64,000 bases of DNA from Calditrichia bacterium (GTDB lineage: Bacteria; Calditrichota; Calditrichia; JAJRVZ01). Below, piece by piece: positions 33,141-45,333 of the stretch. A model generated the notes under the pieces. The model was not told the DNA's origin and searched no databases. It saw only the letters and a program-made list of their open reading frames with translations. Each line of letters begins with the position of its first letter. Positions within the stretch are counted from its first letter, which is position 1. The stretch lies in contig CAWCNS010000006.1 of the NCBI GenBank assembly GCA_963796965.1, positions 448,001 through 512,000 on the forward strand, read 5' to 3'. The position numbers and the translations under genes were made by a program.

Positions 33141-33344
33141 TTTCTCGCAGAGACGCAGAGAACAAATTAGAATTTTAATCATGCAAATGTTAAGCCTTAG
33201 TCTATACTCTCAGATCATTACTAAATATAACAGATAAATTTCAATTTGGTTTTAAAAGATCTTTAGGTTACAGTTTTGTTATTAACTAAACGAGATTTAA
33301 AATCCTGATATCTTTTACTGCGTACTCTGCGTCTCTGCGAGAAA
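33141..33344. repeat. MITE-like element with perfect 20-bp terminal inverted repeats
   Basis: TTTCTCGCAGAGACGCAGAG (33141-33160) / CTCTGCGTCTCTGCGAGAAA (33325-33344) around an AT-rich interior. Confidence 0.75.
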
Positions 33345-33385
33345 TGAACTGCAGAGGTCTATAAATTCAGTCAGTTTTAACCAAT

Positions 33386-33421
33386 AAAAAAATCCGACCA
33401 ATAACCCCTCTTGATCGGATT
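33386..33421 (-). terminator. Rho-independent terminator of nrdJ
   Basis: Minus strand AATCCGATCAA...TTGGTCGGA followed by a T run. Confidence 0.65.
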
Positions 33422-33458
33422 AAATTCATAATTTATAATTCTACATTCTTAATTGCTT

Positions 33459-36400
33459 CTACGAGCATCCCATCGAATTACCACAGTTAAGACAACGATA
33501 ACAGGTACCATTTCGAACAGTAATATGTCCGCAGGCATCACAGGGTGGTGCATCGCCATCCAAATTTGAAAGGAAGGTATCTACTTGGGTATGGTCTTTT
33601 GATTGAATCCTGTCGATCACTGTTTTTTCTTCAATATCTTTGGCTACATCATAAGATGTATCATCAACTTCTGTAGGGGGGACCTGGATCAAATCTTTTC
33701 GATCAAGATAGTCTGATGCTAATATCCGGAATATAAAATCCAAAGGAGAAGTAGCATTTCGAACATTTGGATGATCTGTGAAACCAGAAGGATCAAAACG
33801 GGTATAAATGAATTTCTCTACAAATTTTTCTAATGGTACACCGTATTGAAGACCAAGACTGACAGCTACCGCAAAACAATTTAAGAGACTCTTATAAGAA
33901 GCTCCAGCTTTAAACATATCAATAAAGATCTCGCCAATCTGTCCGTTTTCATATTCACCTGTCCTGAAAAATATTCGCTGTCCACCTATTGTTGCAGCAT
34001 AGTTATATCCAGTTCGCTTCGGAGGCAATCTTAATTTGTCTCCGCGGTGAACGATATCCTTTAATGCCTCCTTTAGGAGTGCTTCTGTTTTATCTTTGAG
34101 AGAATCTTCTTCAGTATCATCGCTATTACTGCTTCCGCTGCTCAAAGGTTGTGATCCTTTCGAGCCATCGCGGTAAATGGCGATCGCTTTGAGACCAAGT
34201 TTCCAGGCCTGGGTGTATATTTCACGAATATCATCTACGGTTGCCTCACCAGGCATGTTCACAGTTTTTGAGATAGCCCCTGAAAGGAAAGGTTGTACCG
34301 CAGACATCATTTTTACATGTCCAATAGGCTCAATAAAGCGTTGGCCGGTACCACATTTGTTTGCTGTATCAAAAACCGGATAATGCTCCTCTTTTAAATG
34401 TGGTGCACCTTCTATTGATTCAGTACCATTAATATAGAGAATGGTTTCCTGAATCTGGATCCTACTCAAACCTCTTTCCATTAACTCTTTAGGATTGACA
34501 TGCTTGGTAAATTCATTGAGCATCTTCATTTGTTCAACATCAGAACGGGCCTCTTCTATTTCCTTTTCACTGTATCCCAAATTAGAAAGTGCTTCGGGAT
34601 TAATATGGGGTGCATTATCTAAAGAATCATGTCCTAGGACATAGGATACGATGTCAAGAATATCGTCACTGGAGTAGCCAAGTGTTTTTAAGGCTCGTGG
34701 AAGAGATTGATTAATTATTTTAAAATATCCACCACCGGCGAGTTTTTTCCATTTTACCAGCGAAAAATCAGGTTCTACGCCCGTTGTGTCACAATCCATT
34801 AGCAGTCCAATGGTTCCGGTTGGAGCTAATACAGTTGCTTGTGCGTTGCGATATCCATATTCTTTACCCAACTCAATTGCCCGGTCCCAATCCTCGCGGG
34901 CTGATTGTAGTAAATAGTCAGGACAGTCATTTGCACTTATGCCTTCCACAGCTTTACGGTGCATCTGCATGACATTGAGCATTGGCTCACGATTTGTAGA
35001 AAAACCATTAAAAGCTCCTTTTAACCTTTGCTATCTGTGCAGAAACAGAATAAGCATGACCCGTCATTATCGCGGTAATAGCGCCGGCTTGCGCTAATGC
35101 TTCAGGACTGTCATAAGGAATGCCCTGAACCATAAGTAAGGTGCCAAGATTTGCATATCCAAGACCCAGGGGGCGGAAATCATGGCTTTTTTGAGCAATT
35201 CCGTCCGTCGGGTAAGATGAAAGATCCACGAGTATTTCCTGAGCGATAAAAAGCATCTCACAGGTATGTCGATAACCCTCAACATCAAACTCGCCATCCT
35301 CATTTAAAAATTTTATAAGGTTTACAGAAGCAAGGTTGCAGGCAGAATTATCTAGAAACATATATTCAGAACATGGATTTGAAGCATTAATCGGGCCGGT
35401 GTTTGGACAGGTATGCCAGCGATTGATGGTATCATGAAATTGTAAGCCAGGATCGGCTGTTGCCCAGGCAGCTTTGGATATTTCCTCCATAATATGTTCA
35501 GCTTTAAAGGTCTTTGCTACTTCTCCGGATAATCTGAACTTGGTATTCCAGGATTCCTTACTCTCGACAGCACGCATAAAATCATCAACAACCCGAACCG
35601 AATTATTAGAGTTTTGTCCGGAGACAGTGCGATAGGCTTCACCATTAAAATCTGAAGGGTATCCGTTATCGATTAACGATTTGGCTTTACTTTCTTCTCT
35701 CACCTTCCATTGAATAAAATCAATAATTTCGGGATGATCCACGTCAAGAATCACCATCTTTGCAGCACGTCTGGTCGTTCCACCTGATTTCGTTGCTGCC
35801 GCACCTTTATCCAGTACCTCAAGAAAGGAGAGCAGACCTGAAGAAGTTCCACCACCGCTTAATTTCTCATCTTTACTTCGCAAAATAGAAAAATTTGTAC
35901 CTGTACCGGAACCAAACTTAAAAAGTTTAGCCTCTGTTTTTACGAGGTCAAATATTGACATTAAGTCGTCATTAACAGCATTAATAAAACAGGCGGATCC
36001 CTGAGGATGAGAAAATGAATCGGTTGTTTCTTTGATTGTATTTGATTCAGGGTCCCAGTAGTAATTACCACCATTACCCTCGATTTTATATTTATGATAA
36101 AGACCGACATTAAACCAAACCGGTGAATTAAAAGCACCGTGTTGATTGATTAATATATGGGAAAGCTCAGCCTCAAAACTATCGGCATCTTCTTTTGTGG
36201 CAAAGTAATTCTGGTCTTCACCAAACCAGCGGATGGTGCTTGAGATACGATTGACAACCATTTTAGCAGATGTTTCGTATCCACTTTCCGGTACTCCAGC
36301 TCTCCTGCAATATTTTGAAGCAAGAATATCCGTAGCGAATTGTGACCATGTTTTTGGAACTTCCAGGTTTTTAAGCTCAAAAACTACTTCGCCATTTGGC

Positions 36401-36606
36401 TCTGTTATTTTGGAACTTCGCCTCTCGTAAATGACTTCATCAAGCGGATCAGAATCTTTTTTTGTAAAGAGTCTATCAACACGTAAACCGCTCTGACTAC
36501 CAGGGATAGTGTCCTCATGCGGGTTTTCGCTCTGGGTTTCGGTTACAATTACAGAATCGTTGGACTTTTCGGAGAATAAATCCGAGACTAATGGCTTAGA
36601 GGACAT
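33459..36606 (-). CDS. nrdJ: Class II (B12-dependent) ribonucleotide reductase (+1 frameshift at T run 35019-35022)
   Basis: 'FNSPVWFN', 'SACFI', 'SGGTTRRAAKM', 'ASNPCSEY', 'RPLGLGYAN', 'APTGTIG', 'SGAISKTVN', C-terminal Zn ribbon; the repaired junction reads KVKGAFNGFSTNREPMLNVM. Confidence 0.95.
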
Positions 36607-36963
36607 ACATTACCCCATTTAGAGAAGTTAGATAAATCTATTATTTATATTTATTTAAGCGGTTGAATTATATATAGGTCGAATTTTCAACACTCAAGAA
36701 TTTTAAAACCAATCTGAGGATAGATTTTATTCCGACGAACACAAATAAGTTGACCGACGTAGTTCAAATATACGAAAAATATTTTAGCTGAAAAGTTTTT
36801 TTTGGGGCTTGATTTTCAGAAAAAAAAGTCAATTTTTATATTTACAAGAGCTTAGGAAGACAAATTTTTTTTTATTTTTTTTTTATCTTCTAAAACGGGG
36901 AAATTTTTACAGAAAGAGGATGTGTTTTTAAGTAAATATTTACAGGATAAAACAAACAATTTA

Positions 36964-37351
36964 TTAATTATTGGCTTGACCATATTTATTCTGGAGAATT
37001 CTTAATCGATCCAGACTTTTTATGGGATTATAGCCAGGGCCATTTCCAAAAGCAGAAAATTGTGCGCCTATCAAACATTCACTTTCAAGGGAATCATTGT
37101 TAATCCATTTGACTCTGCCGTAAAGACGTAATTCTTCTTCACCTGGAATATGAATTTCAACAGATACAGGCTCTCCCCTACCGACTTTTTTCTCGGAAGC
37201 GAAACATATTCCACTTTTGGTAAGATTAAAGAAGCTGCATGGGTTTGGAATAGCGCTCCAGAAACCCAAGTTTATTTCGACGACGAAAAATAACGGAAGC
37301 GCCTGGAATCTTCATTCTATCAAAAGCACGTTTATCGCTCTTTGTTGTCAC
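36964..37351 (-). CDS. Stand-alone PilZ-domain protein (+1 frameshift ~37231)
   Basis: The upstream frame gives (GTG)TTKSDKRAFDRMKIPG (RxxxR); the downstream frame gives NLTKSGICF and 'L.GRVKW...IGAQF'. Confidence 0.75.
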
Positions 37352-37572
37352 CCTCACCTCATAAATCAATATTATGCACCGATTATCCTCAATCAGTAAA
37401 CTGCAAAAATATAACCTAAAAAACTGTGATAATCATCACGAAATAAAAAAAACATCATATTTTTTTTGAAATTGCCACATTGGAATGGTTCTCTGTCGGA
37501 ATCGATGTTGAATTTTTTTTTTTATTGTTTAAATAACTCATATTAAAAACCTACCAATAGATTGGAGATGTC

Positions 37573-38871
37573 ATGACTATGAGATCCGGTCCGGAACCAT
37601 CAAAGCTTTATAGATGGCTTGTTCTTGTATTTGTCAGTTTGGCTATGTTTGGCAATTATTATATTTATGATAGTATCGCACCGATTGCAGATATTTTGAA
37701 ATCTGATCTGGGATTTACAGATGAGAATATTGGACAAATGTATTCCGTTTATAGCATAGCGGCTATTCTAATCTTATTGATTGGCGGCGTTATTATTGAT
37801 AGATATGGTACAAAAATTACAATTCTGGTATTCTCGATTGTAAGTGCTGTCACTGCTGTTGTTACATGGACTTCCCCTGATCTTAATGTAATGTTAATTG
37901 GTCGCGTAATACTAGGCTTGGGGTCTGAACCACTAATTGTTGCGATTACTACGGCCCTGGCAAAATGGTTTAAGGGAAAGGAATTAAGTTTTGCCTTCGG
38001 ATTAAATTTAACCATTGCCCGACTAGGGTCCGTCGCTGCTGATAATTCCCCGAGTTGGGGTGGATCGTTTTATAATAACTGGCAAGACCCTTTGTTTTTA
38101 GCCGTTATTGTATCTATAAGTTGTGTGGTTGGTGGGATCGGCTACTGGTTGTTGGAGAGTAATGCAGAGCGGAAGTACTATTTAGGTGAGGCTGGGGAGA
38201 CGGATAAATTTGTATTCAAAGACCTCTTTGGTTTTAATAAATCTTTTTGGTTGATTGTGGCTTTATGTGTAACCTTTTATTCTGCTATTTTTCCCTTTAG
38301 AAGTTTTGCAATAAAATTATTTATGGAAGTTCATCAGGTAAGCAGGGAATCTGCGGGTTTTATTAATAGTATTCTCCCAATGTCAGCAATGGTTGCTACA
38401 CCACTTTTTGGATTATTGGCGGATAAGATTGGAAAAAGAGCCTTATTAATGGCGGCAGCATCAGTTCTATTTCTACCTGTTTATCTCTTGATGGTATATA
38501 CCGATATTAGTCTCTATGTACCAATTATTTTGATGGGAATCGCCTTCTCTCTGATACCAGCGGTAATGTGGCCTTCGGTGGCTTACATTGTCGAAGAACG
38601 TAAACTGGGTACCGCTTATGCTGTAATGACATTAATACAGCAAATTGGTGTCGCATTATTTAATTGGATGATTGGTCTGGCAAATGATTATGCCGGGGCG
38701 AGCCCGGAGAATCCGGATGGATATATCCCGGGAATGTGGATATTTTCCATTTTGGGTTTTTTAGGACTTACATTTGCCTATCTACTTCGTAAACAGGAAA
38801 CAGGTCCTGAGGGTCATGGATTGGAATTAAGTATGGCAGATCGGAAGCAACAAATGAACAAAAATTCCTGA
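37573..38871 (+). CDS. MFS transporter (MFSD1-like)
   Basis: 12-TM pattern; 'GVIIDRYG', 'GR.ILGLG.E', 'WFKGKEL', 'GLLADKIGKR'. Confidence 0.88.
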   Translation: MTMRSGPEPSKLYRWLVLVFVSLAMFGNYYIYDSIAPIADILKSDLGFTDENIGQMYSVYSIAAILILLIGGVIIDRYGTKITILVFSIVSAVTAVVTWTSPDLNVMLIGRVILGLGSEPLIVAITTALAKWFKGKELSFAFGLNLTIARLGSVAADNSPSWGGSFYNNWQDPLFLAVIVSISCVVGGIGYWLLESNAERKYYLGEAGETDKFVFKDLFGFNKSFWLIVALCVTFYSAIFPFRSFAIKLFMEVHQVSRESAGFINSILPMSAMVATPLFGLLADKIGKRALLMAAASVLFLPVYLLMVYTDISLYVPIILMGIAFSLIPAVMWPSVAYIVEERKLGTAYAVMTLIQQIGVALFNWMIGLANDYAGASPENPDGYIPGMWIFSILGFLGLTFAYLLRKQETGPEGHGLELSMADRKQQMNKNS

Positions 38872-38983
38872 ATGATTAGTAAAATGTATTTTATTAAACA
38901 TGTGTGAAAAGCATGTTAATGAATAAATGCACCTTTAAAAAAGTATTGAAACTACACTTCTTGATCCTATAATCATTTTATCC

Positions 38984-39054
38984 TGTCATTCTGTAAGAAT
39001 CTTACTTGGCTAATTTCGGATCCCGACACCGTAGAAGATCCTTACAGGATGACA
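38984..39054. repeat. TGTCAT...ATGACA inverted-repeat element
   Basis: TGTCATTCTGTAAGAATCTT / AAGATCCTTACAGGATGACA, between convergent genes. Confidence 0.65.
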
Positions 39055-39087
39055 ATTCAGAATTCCAATTAGGTGAATAGATTAAAT

Positions 39088-39819
39088 TTATATTAACCGC
39101 CAATCAATCCAATCGGCATTAAACACGTTTGTGTCTCGTTGTTTTTTATTGAAGCGATTTGAAGCAAAAACGAGTTTTTTTCCATTTGAACTAAACATTG
39201 GAAATCCATCGAATTTATCAAAGAAGGTAATTTGTTCTAAACCACTACCATCCATATTCATGGAATAAATATCCAGATCACCATTTCGCTGTGAAGTAAA
39301 GACAATCTTATCGCTAATAGGAGAAACCGTCGCTTCTGTATCATAACTAGCATGAGGAACGAGGACGACTGGATTGCTGCCGTCTGTGTTTGAAATATAC
39401 AGATCAAAAGTGTTGTAAACTTTCCAGACATAACCTTGTGAAAAATCTGGTGGAGGCGGGCAATTTTTATTGGCACCATGTGTACTTGCATAAATTATTC
39501 TATGCTGATCTGGTAAAAAGTAGGAACATGTCGTTCTCCCTTCACCCGTACTTACATGTGTTTTCTTAGATCCATTGATATCCATCGTAAAAATCTGATC
39601 ACATTCTAAATTTCCGTGATGACTCTGAAAGATGAGGTTCTGTTCATCCGGACTGAAATAGGCCTTGGCATTCTCACCCTCATCAGTCAACATTTTAATG
39701 TTTGAGAGATGATTCTCATTGCTGAATTTATATGAATCGACAGATTTGTCATTTTGTTTTTGGCCACATCCCCCAATGAGGGTGACAACCATAATTAATA
39801 AATGAAGGACTATTCGCAT
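39088..39819 (-). CDS. TolB-like PD40-repeat lipoprotein, apparently internally shortened
   Basis: Lipobox 'LIGGC'; 'GENA.AYFS', 'CDQIF', 'GRTTCSYF', 'FDGFPMFS..GKKLVFASNR'. Confidence 0.7.
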   Translation of the reverse strand: MRIVLHLLIMVVTLIGGCGQKQNDKSVDSYKFSNENHLSNIKMLTDEGENAKAYFSPDEQNLIFQSHHGNLECDQIFTMDINGSKKTHVSTGEGRTTCSYFLPDQHRIIYASTHGANKNCPPPPDFSQGYVWKVYNTFDLYISNTDGSNPVVLVPHASYDTEATVSPISDKIVFTSQRNGDLDIYSMNMDGSGLEQITFFDKFDGFPMFSSNGKKLVFASNRFNKKQRDTNVFNADWIDWRLI

Positions 39820-39870
39820 CGATAATCCTCAATTTATTCCACAAAAAAAGTCATTTCCCACATGTAATAT

Positions 39871-39895
39871 GTGGCCGTTCACGAACGGCCACTAC
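39871..39895 (-). repeat. GTAG-type REP-like palindrome downstream of pckA
   Basis: Minus strand GTAGTGGCCGTTC-GT-GAACGGCCAC. Confidence 0.7.
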
Positions 39896-39904
39896 TATAC
39901 ATTC

Positions 39905-41532
39905 CTAAACTAGAGGACCGGCGGCCTTTACGGCATCAGAAACATGTTCCCCATATTCCTTGAAGTTTTCCTTAAATAAGTCAGCTGAATTTTGCCGCTT
40001 GCTGATCATAAGCCTTTTTATCCTGCCAGGTATTCCGGGGATTTAGTATCTCGGATGGTACGCCTGCACATGATAACGGTGTTGCTAATCCGAATACAGG
40101 ATCTTTCTCATAATCCACGTCATTGAGTTTGCCTTCAAGAGCAGCTGTTAATAAGGCACGTGTGTGTTTGATCGACATTCTTTCACCTACACCATAAGCC
40201 CCTCCGGTCCATCCGGTATTAACTAACCAGGCGTTAACCTTATGTTTTTCAATTTTCTCTCCCAATATTTCAGCATAACATGGATGGATTTAATGGCATA
40301 AATGGTGCCCCAAAACAAGTACTGAATGTTGCCTGGGGTTCTGTTATACCACGTTCTGTTCCTGCTACCTTGGCTGTATATCCTGAGAGAAAATGATACA
40401 TGGCCTGTTCCGGAGAAAGTTTCGATATTGGAGGCAAGACACCAAAGGCATCAGCGGTCAGGAAAATAATGTTTTTCGGATGTCCCCCCATCCCTTCTGG
40501 TACAATATTTCTAATATGGCTAATTGGGTAGGCTGCCCGTGTGTTTTCTGTAAAGGTATCATCATCAAAATCCGGTATGCGCCAATGCGTATCAAAAACA
40601 ACGTTTTCTAATATTGTCCCGAATTTTCTGGTGGCTTCATAAATTTCGGGTTCAGCTTCTGGCGAAAGTCGAATCGCTTTGGCATAACAACCACCTTCAA
40701 AATTAAATATTCCGTTATCGCTCCATCCGTGCTCATCATCACCAATCAATGCACGATCCGGATCAGCGGATAAGGTTGTCTTGCCTGTCCCAGATAAGCC
40801 AAAGAAGAGGGCCGAATCTCCATCTTTCCCCATATTCGCTGAGCAATGCATGGATAGGACTTTTTTATGAGGGAGTATATAATTCAAGATAGAGAAAACA
40901 GATTTTTTTGATTCACCGGCATAACTCGTGCCACCGATCAAAACCAGTTTCTTGGCATAATTCACAAGAACAAAAGCTTCTGAATTAGTCGCATCCATCT
41001 CTGGTACCGCGTGAAATTTCGGTAAGTTGATTATGGTAAACTCGGGTCTAAATGTTTCATATTCTTTTGGATCCTCAATGCGAATAAACATATTTCGGGC
41101 AAAAAGGTTGTGCCATGCATATTCAGTAATTACCCGGATTGGTGTTCTGTAGTCCGGATCTGCACCAGCGTAGCAATCCTGAATAAATATATCGTTTCCT
41201 TGCAAATAGGCGAGGAGACGGGAATAAATTTTATTAAAATTTTCCTCACTAAAGGGAACATTAACTTTTCCCCAGGAAATATGCTTCTCTGAACTGGGCT
41301 CTTTTACAATGAACTTGTCGTTAGGGGATCGACCTGTGAAAGCACCGGTTCTTACTATAACCGGACCTAGCTGGGAGATAACACCTTCCCGGCGGCGTAT
41401 GATCTGTTCATACAAAGCGGGGCGCGATAAATTCCAATATACATTGTTAATATTTCGGATTCCAAGGTACTCTAGTCCAAAACCACTACGGGCATGTCCG
41501 ACATCTCTTGCTGCTAATGGTTCATCTGCCAT
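39905..41532 (-). CDS. pckA: Phosphoenolpyruvate carboxykinase (ATP); two +1 frameshifts (~40277 and ~39987)
   Basis: 'TGRSP.DKF', 'YAGE.KK', 'MHCSAN', '[11 protein letters not shown]', 'GDDEHGW', 'NFEGGCYAK', 'WLVNTGW'; the repaired tail reads LADLFKENF...AAGPLV*. Confidence 0.95.
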
Positions 41533-41855
41533 TTTTCCTCCAATTATTTTTTGATAATAATAATAAAATTAAACCAAATATTTTCTCTAAATCTTTATCC
41601 AAGGAGTTGATCCGGTAAGGCAAGAAGCCCTGCTTTCACCGGTTTTTAAACATATGTGGAATTAATCGAACGCAAATTGTACACAATTATTCCTCTGTTG
41701 ATTTAGACTGGTTCGGTACGATCTGTGGTGGATTGAAATTTTGACATTTTGTATATTGAAAGTACTGTATTTTTTCTTCAGATCTAAATAAATACAAACA
41801 GAAGTAGGAAATTAAACCTTTTTACCGGATTGGTCAACATATTTAGGACGGACTT

Positions 41856-44800
41856 GTGAAATTTTCAATCCAATTATCTTCCTCATGGATAATACGTATT
41901 ACTAGCATGTTGCTGCTGACTAGCTGTGCTGTATTTGTAACTGAAAAGCCACATTATGAATATGATAAAATGGATGGCACGACAGAACGAATACATAGAA
42001 AGATAGAAGATTTTCTCGAATCATGCATCGTCAATGGTTCTCCGGTTAAACTTTCAAAACATACCCGGATTGATTCTATTGTGGTCGATGAGAATCGTGA
42101 ACATATAGATATTTACCTGAACCGCTTTTTCTCTTTTATACCTTTTAGAGAAAAAAATTTAAGAGCATATAAATATGGCTGTGGAGGAGGAATTAGGTTG
42201 GTGGGATAATAACTATTCTTTCACCATTTATACAACGAATAGTACGATAGATGAATTAATACCTAATTATTATCGCTCAGACCCGGTTGATTTTAATCAG
42301 AATCGTCTGGCGAAAAAAAGATTTGTTCAACCTCCTATTGTACATAATACGAGCAAGCCCATAAGAATAGATAAGGGTTTATATGGAAAACATATTGCCC
42401 TTTGGCATAGTCATGGGTGGTATTATGAGAAGAGATATGACCGCTGGGAATGGCAAAGAGCTCGTTTATTTCAAAGTGTGGAAGATCTTGGCCCTTTAGC
42501 TTATACACTTCCCTACATTGTACCGATGTTAGAGAATGCAGGGGCAAATGTGTTTCTACCCAGAGAGCGGGATACTCAGATAAATGAAGTTGTTGTCGAC
42601 AATGATTCTTTTGAGGGAAACAGTACGCAATATATCGAATCTGTAGAGGGTTCAAATTCATCCTGGAGAAGAGGACAAACATCCGGTTTTGCAATCGGAT
42701 ATCCACCCTATGGGGATTGGATTAACCCTTTCAGACAAGGTTCATTTCGCTTTATCAAATCTGAAGTAATTAAAACGGCTGAAATTAGTTGGATCCCTGA
42801 TATTCCTGAGAGTGGAAAATATGCGGTTTCTATTGCCTATGCCCATTCAGATTCAAATGTTAATGATGCCTCTTATACGGTTTATCATACGGGTGGTACG
42901 ACAAATTTTAAAGTAAATCAGCAAATGGGCGGACATACCTGGATATATCTTGGTGAATTCCTTTTTAAAGTAGGTGTAAACCCTGAGATTGGAAAAGTGG
43001 TCTTAAGCAATAAAAGCAGAGAATCTGGTAGAGTTGTATCGGCTGATGCTGTTCGGTTTGGTGGGGGGATGGGTAATATCATCAGAGGAAATCAGGTCAG
43101 TGGTCGTCCACGATATATGGAGGGTGCCCGTTATTATTTACAATATGCAGGCATGCCTGATACCTTGGTATATACGCTCTCAGGATATAAGAATGACTAT
43201 ACAGATGATTACCGCAGCCGTGGTGAATGGGTTAACTATTTGTTAGGAGCTCCAAAAGGACCCAATAAAAACAGGATGGTTCAAGGCCTTGGAGTACCAA
43301 TAGATGCTTCGCTGGCCTTTCATACCGATGCGGGTACTACAAAGAACGATACCGTTATCGGCACGTTATCGATCTATAGTACATATGACGCAGACTCTGC
43401 CCTGGTGTTTCCCGATAATGTTTCCCGTTTTGCCAACCGTGATTTTGCTGATATTTTGCAGACCCAAATTGTCGAAGATATACGTCTGAAATATGATCCA
43501 GCCTGGAGAAGGCGAGGATTGTGGGACCGGGGCTATAGTGAAGTATTCCGACCCAACATTCCTGCCGTTTTACTGGAACTTTTGTCCCATCAGAATTTTC
43601 TTGACATGAAATTTTTTCATGACCCCCGTTTTCGTTTTGATGTAAGTCGCTCCATCTATAAAGCAATTTTGAAATTTGTGACAACACAGAACCAGGAAAC
43701 TTTTGTTGTTCAACCACTTCCTGTCAGCCATTTTCAGGCGGTTCTTGACGAGCAAAAAGAGGTTTTACTTAAATGGGAGCCCCAAAAAGATCTTTTAGAG
43801 CCATCGGCCAAGGCAAATAAATATATAGTATACAGGAGAGAAGGGGATAAAAACTTTGATAATGGTCATCTGGTTGATAAAAATTATATGAGATTTAATG
43901 ACCTCTCCCCAGGCATTATTTATAGTTTTAAAATTACGGCAATCAATGCTGGTGGAGAAAGTTTTCCTTCTGAAATCTTGTCGGTATGCCTAAATGATGG
44001 CCAGAAAGATCCTGTGTTGATTATTAATGGTTTTGATCGGGTTGCTGCCCCGGCAACTGTGAATACAGAAGAAATGCAGGGATTTGCCAACTTTTTTGAT
44101 GCAGGGGTTCCGGACAAATATGAACTGGACTATACTGGAGAACAATTTAATTTTTTCCCAGGTTCACCTTGGAAAGATGATGATGCCCCAGGATTTGGTT
44201 CAAGTTATGCTTATATGGAAAAAATGATTATACCGGGTAATACATTTGACTTTACTTATCTGCATGGCAAGGCTATTAAGGAAGCAGGTTATTCCTTTGT
44301 CTCAGCGAGCGATGAGGCGGTTATGGATAATACCTTTGATATAGAGAATTATAAGTATCTGGATCTTATTTTAGGCGAAGAGAAAAAAACCAGGCTACCC
44401 AAAGGAGGAGATAGTGTTGAGTTCATGACGATCCCCGATTCATTACAAAAAAGGATAAGCACCTTTTGTGAAAATGGAGGTAACCTGTTTATATCCGGAG
44501 CTCATATTGGAACGGATCTATTTTACCTAACACCTAAAGACACTTTCGATACAAATTTCGCACGAAACACATTAAAATTCTTTTGGCGTACAAATTATGC
44601 TTCAAAAAGGGGCACAGTTTCGGTTACAGATTCCCTCTTCCATGCAGTGATAGATACCATTGTTTTCAATACTAATTATAACCCGAAAATGTATAGTGTG
44701 GAAGCACCAGATGGTATCGAACCAGCAGATAAAAAGGCTAAGGTGATAATGCGTTATACAGAAAATAATATCAGTGCCGGAATTGCTTATAAAGGAGACT

Positions 44801-44901
44801 ATCGGGTTGTAATATTCGGTTTTCCCTTTGAGACTATCTTGTCCGAGAAATCTAGAACCAGAGTAATGAAATCAATCTTTGGATATTTTAACCGCTACTA
44901 G
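41856..44901 (+). CDS. Large lipoprotein with a split Amidase_3-like domain, a golvesin/CBM-like insert and Fn3 ('xanthan lyase'-annotated family); frameshift ~42168
   Basis: Lipobox 'LLTSC'; 'HIALWHSHG', 'WEWQRARLF', 'ADAVRFGGG', 'AFHTDAG', 'LLELLSH', 'YSFKITAINAGGES'. Confidence 0.75.
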
Positions 44902-45333
44902 ATAATTGCCAATGCTAATCATTTTTACTGAGCACAGATTTTATCATTAATTTTACCAACACCAGAGTTCATCTTTACTGGACTATTTTCAGATGGAAGC
45001 CTATTTAAGATTATACCGATGAAATTAAGAGATTACGTGAAAATGGAGAACGTATCACGGATTGATATGGAAATCATATTATTATATTTATTATGAATAA
45101 TAGTGTTTATAATTTTTTTATTGTTTGCTCTTATTCAGTGGATTTCCGTGTGTATCCGTGGTAAAAATTGAATTTTATACAACCTTTTAAATGTGTTCCC
45201 ACAATTAAAGCAAATTATGTATAATACCTACAACTCCTACCTTCAAAAAAAAGTTTCAAGCTCAGAGATCGCTGTTCCAACCCTTAGATGGTTCTCCTCT
45301 TTGAGAAATTTGGAAATGCGGATAAGGAGTAAA

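Noticed and set aside
33459..36606. nrdJ as a naturally split two-subunit enzyme or intein/intron host
   Set aside because: Removing one base from a 4-nt homopolymer gives a seamless frame, and I see no intein or intron sequence
36607..36960. NrdR boxes or a cobalamin riboswitch upstream of nrdJ
   Set aside because: Only a weak AT-rich partial NrdR match; no riboswitch core recognised
40265..40280. TGA read-through (selenocysteine or an alternative genetic code) at gene breaks
   Set aside because: The continuations are in a different frame, not in frame past the stop
39905..41532. pckA (and murA, the NhaC gene and others) as pseudogenes
   Set aside because: Catalytic motifs are intact and only isolated single-base indels occur, consistent with sequencing error
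41610..41645. CCGGT..ACCGG hairpin upstream of pckA as a riboswitch
   Set aside because: A single small hairpin with no recognisable aptamer motif
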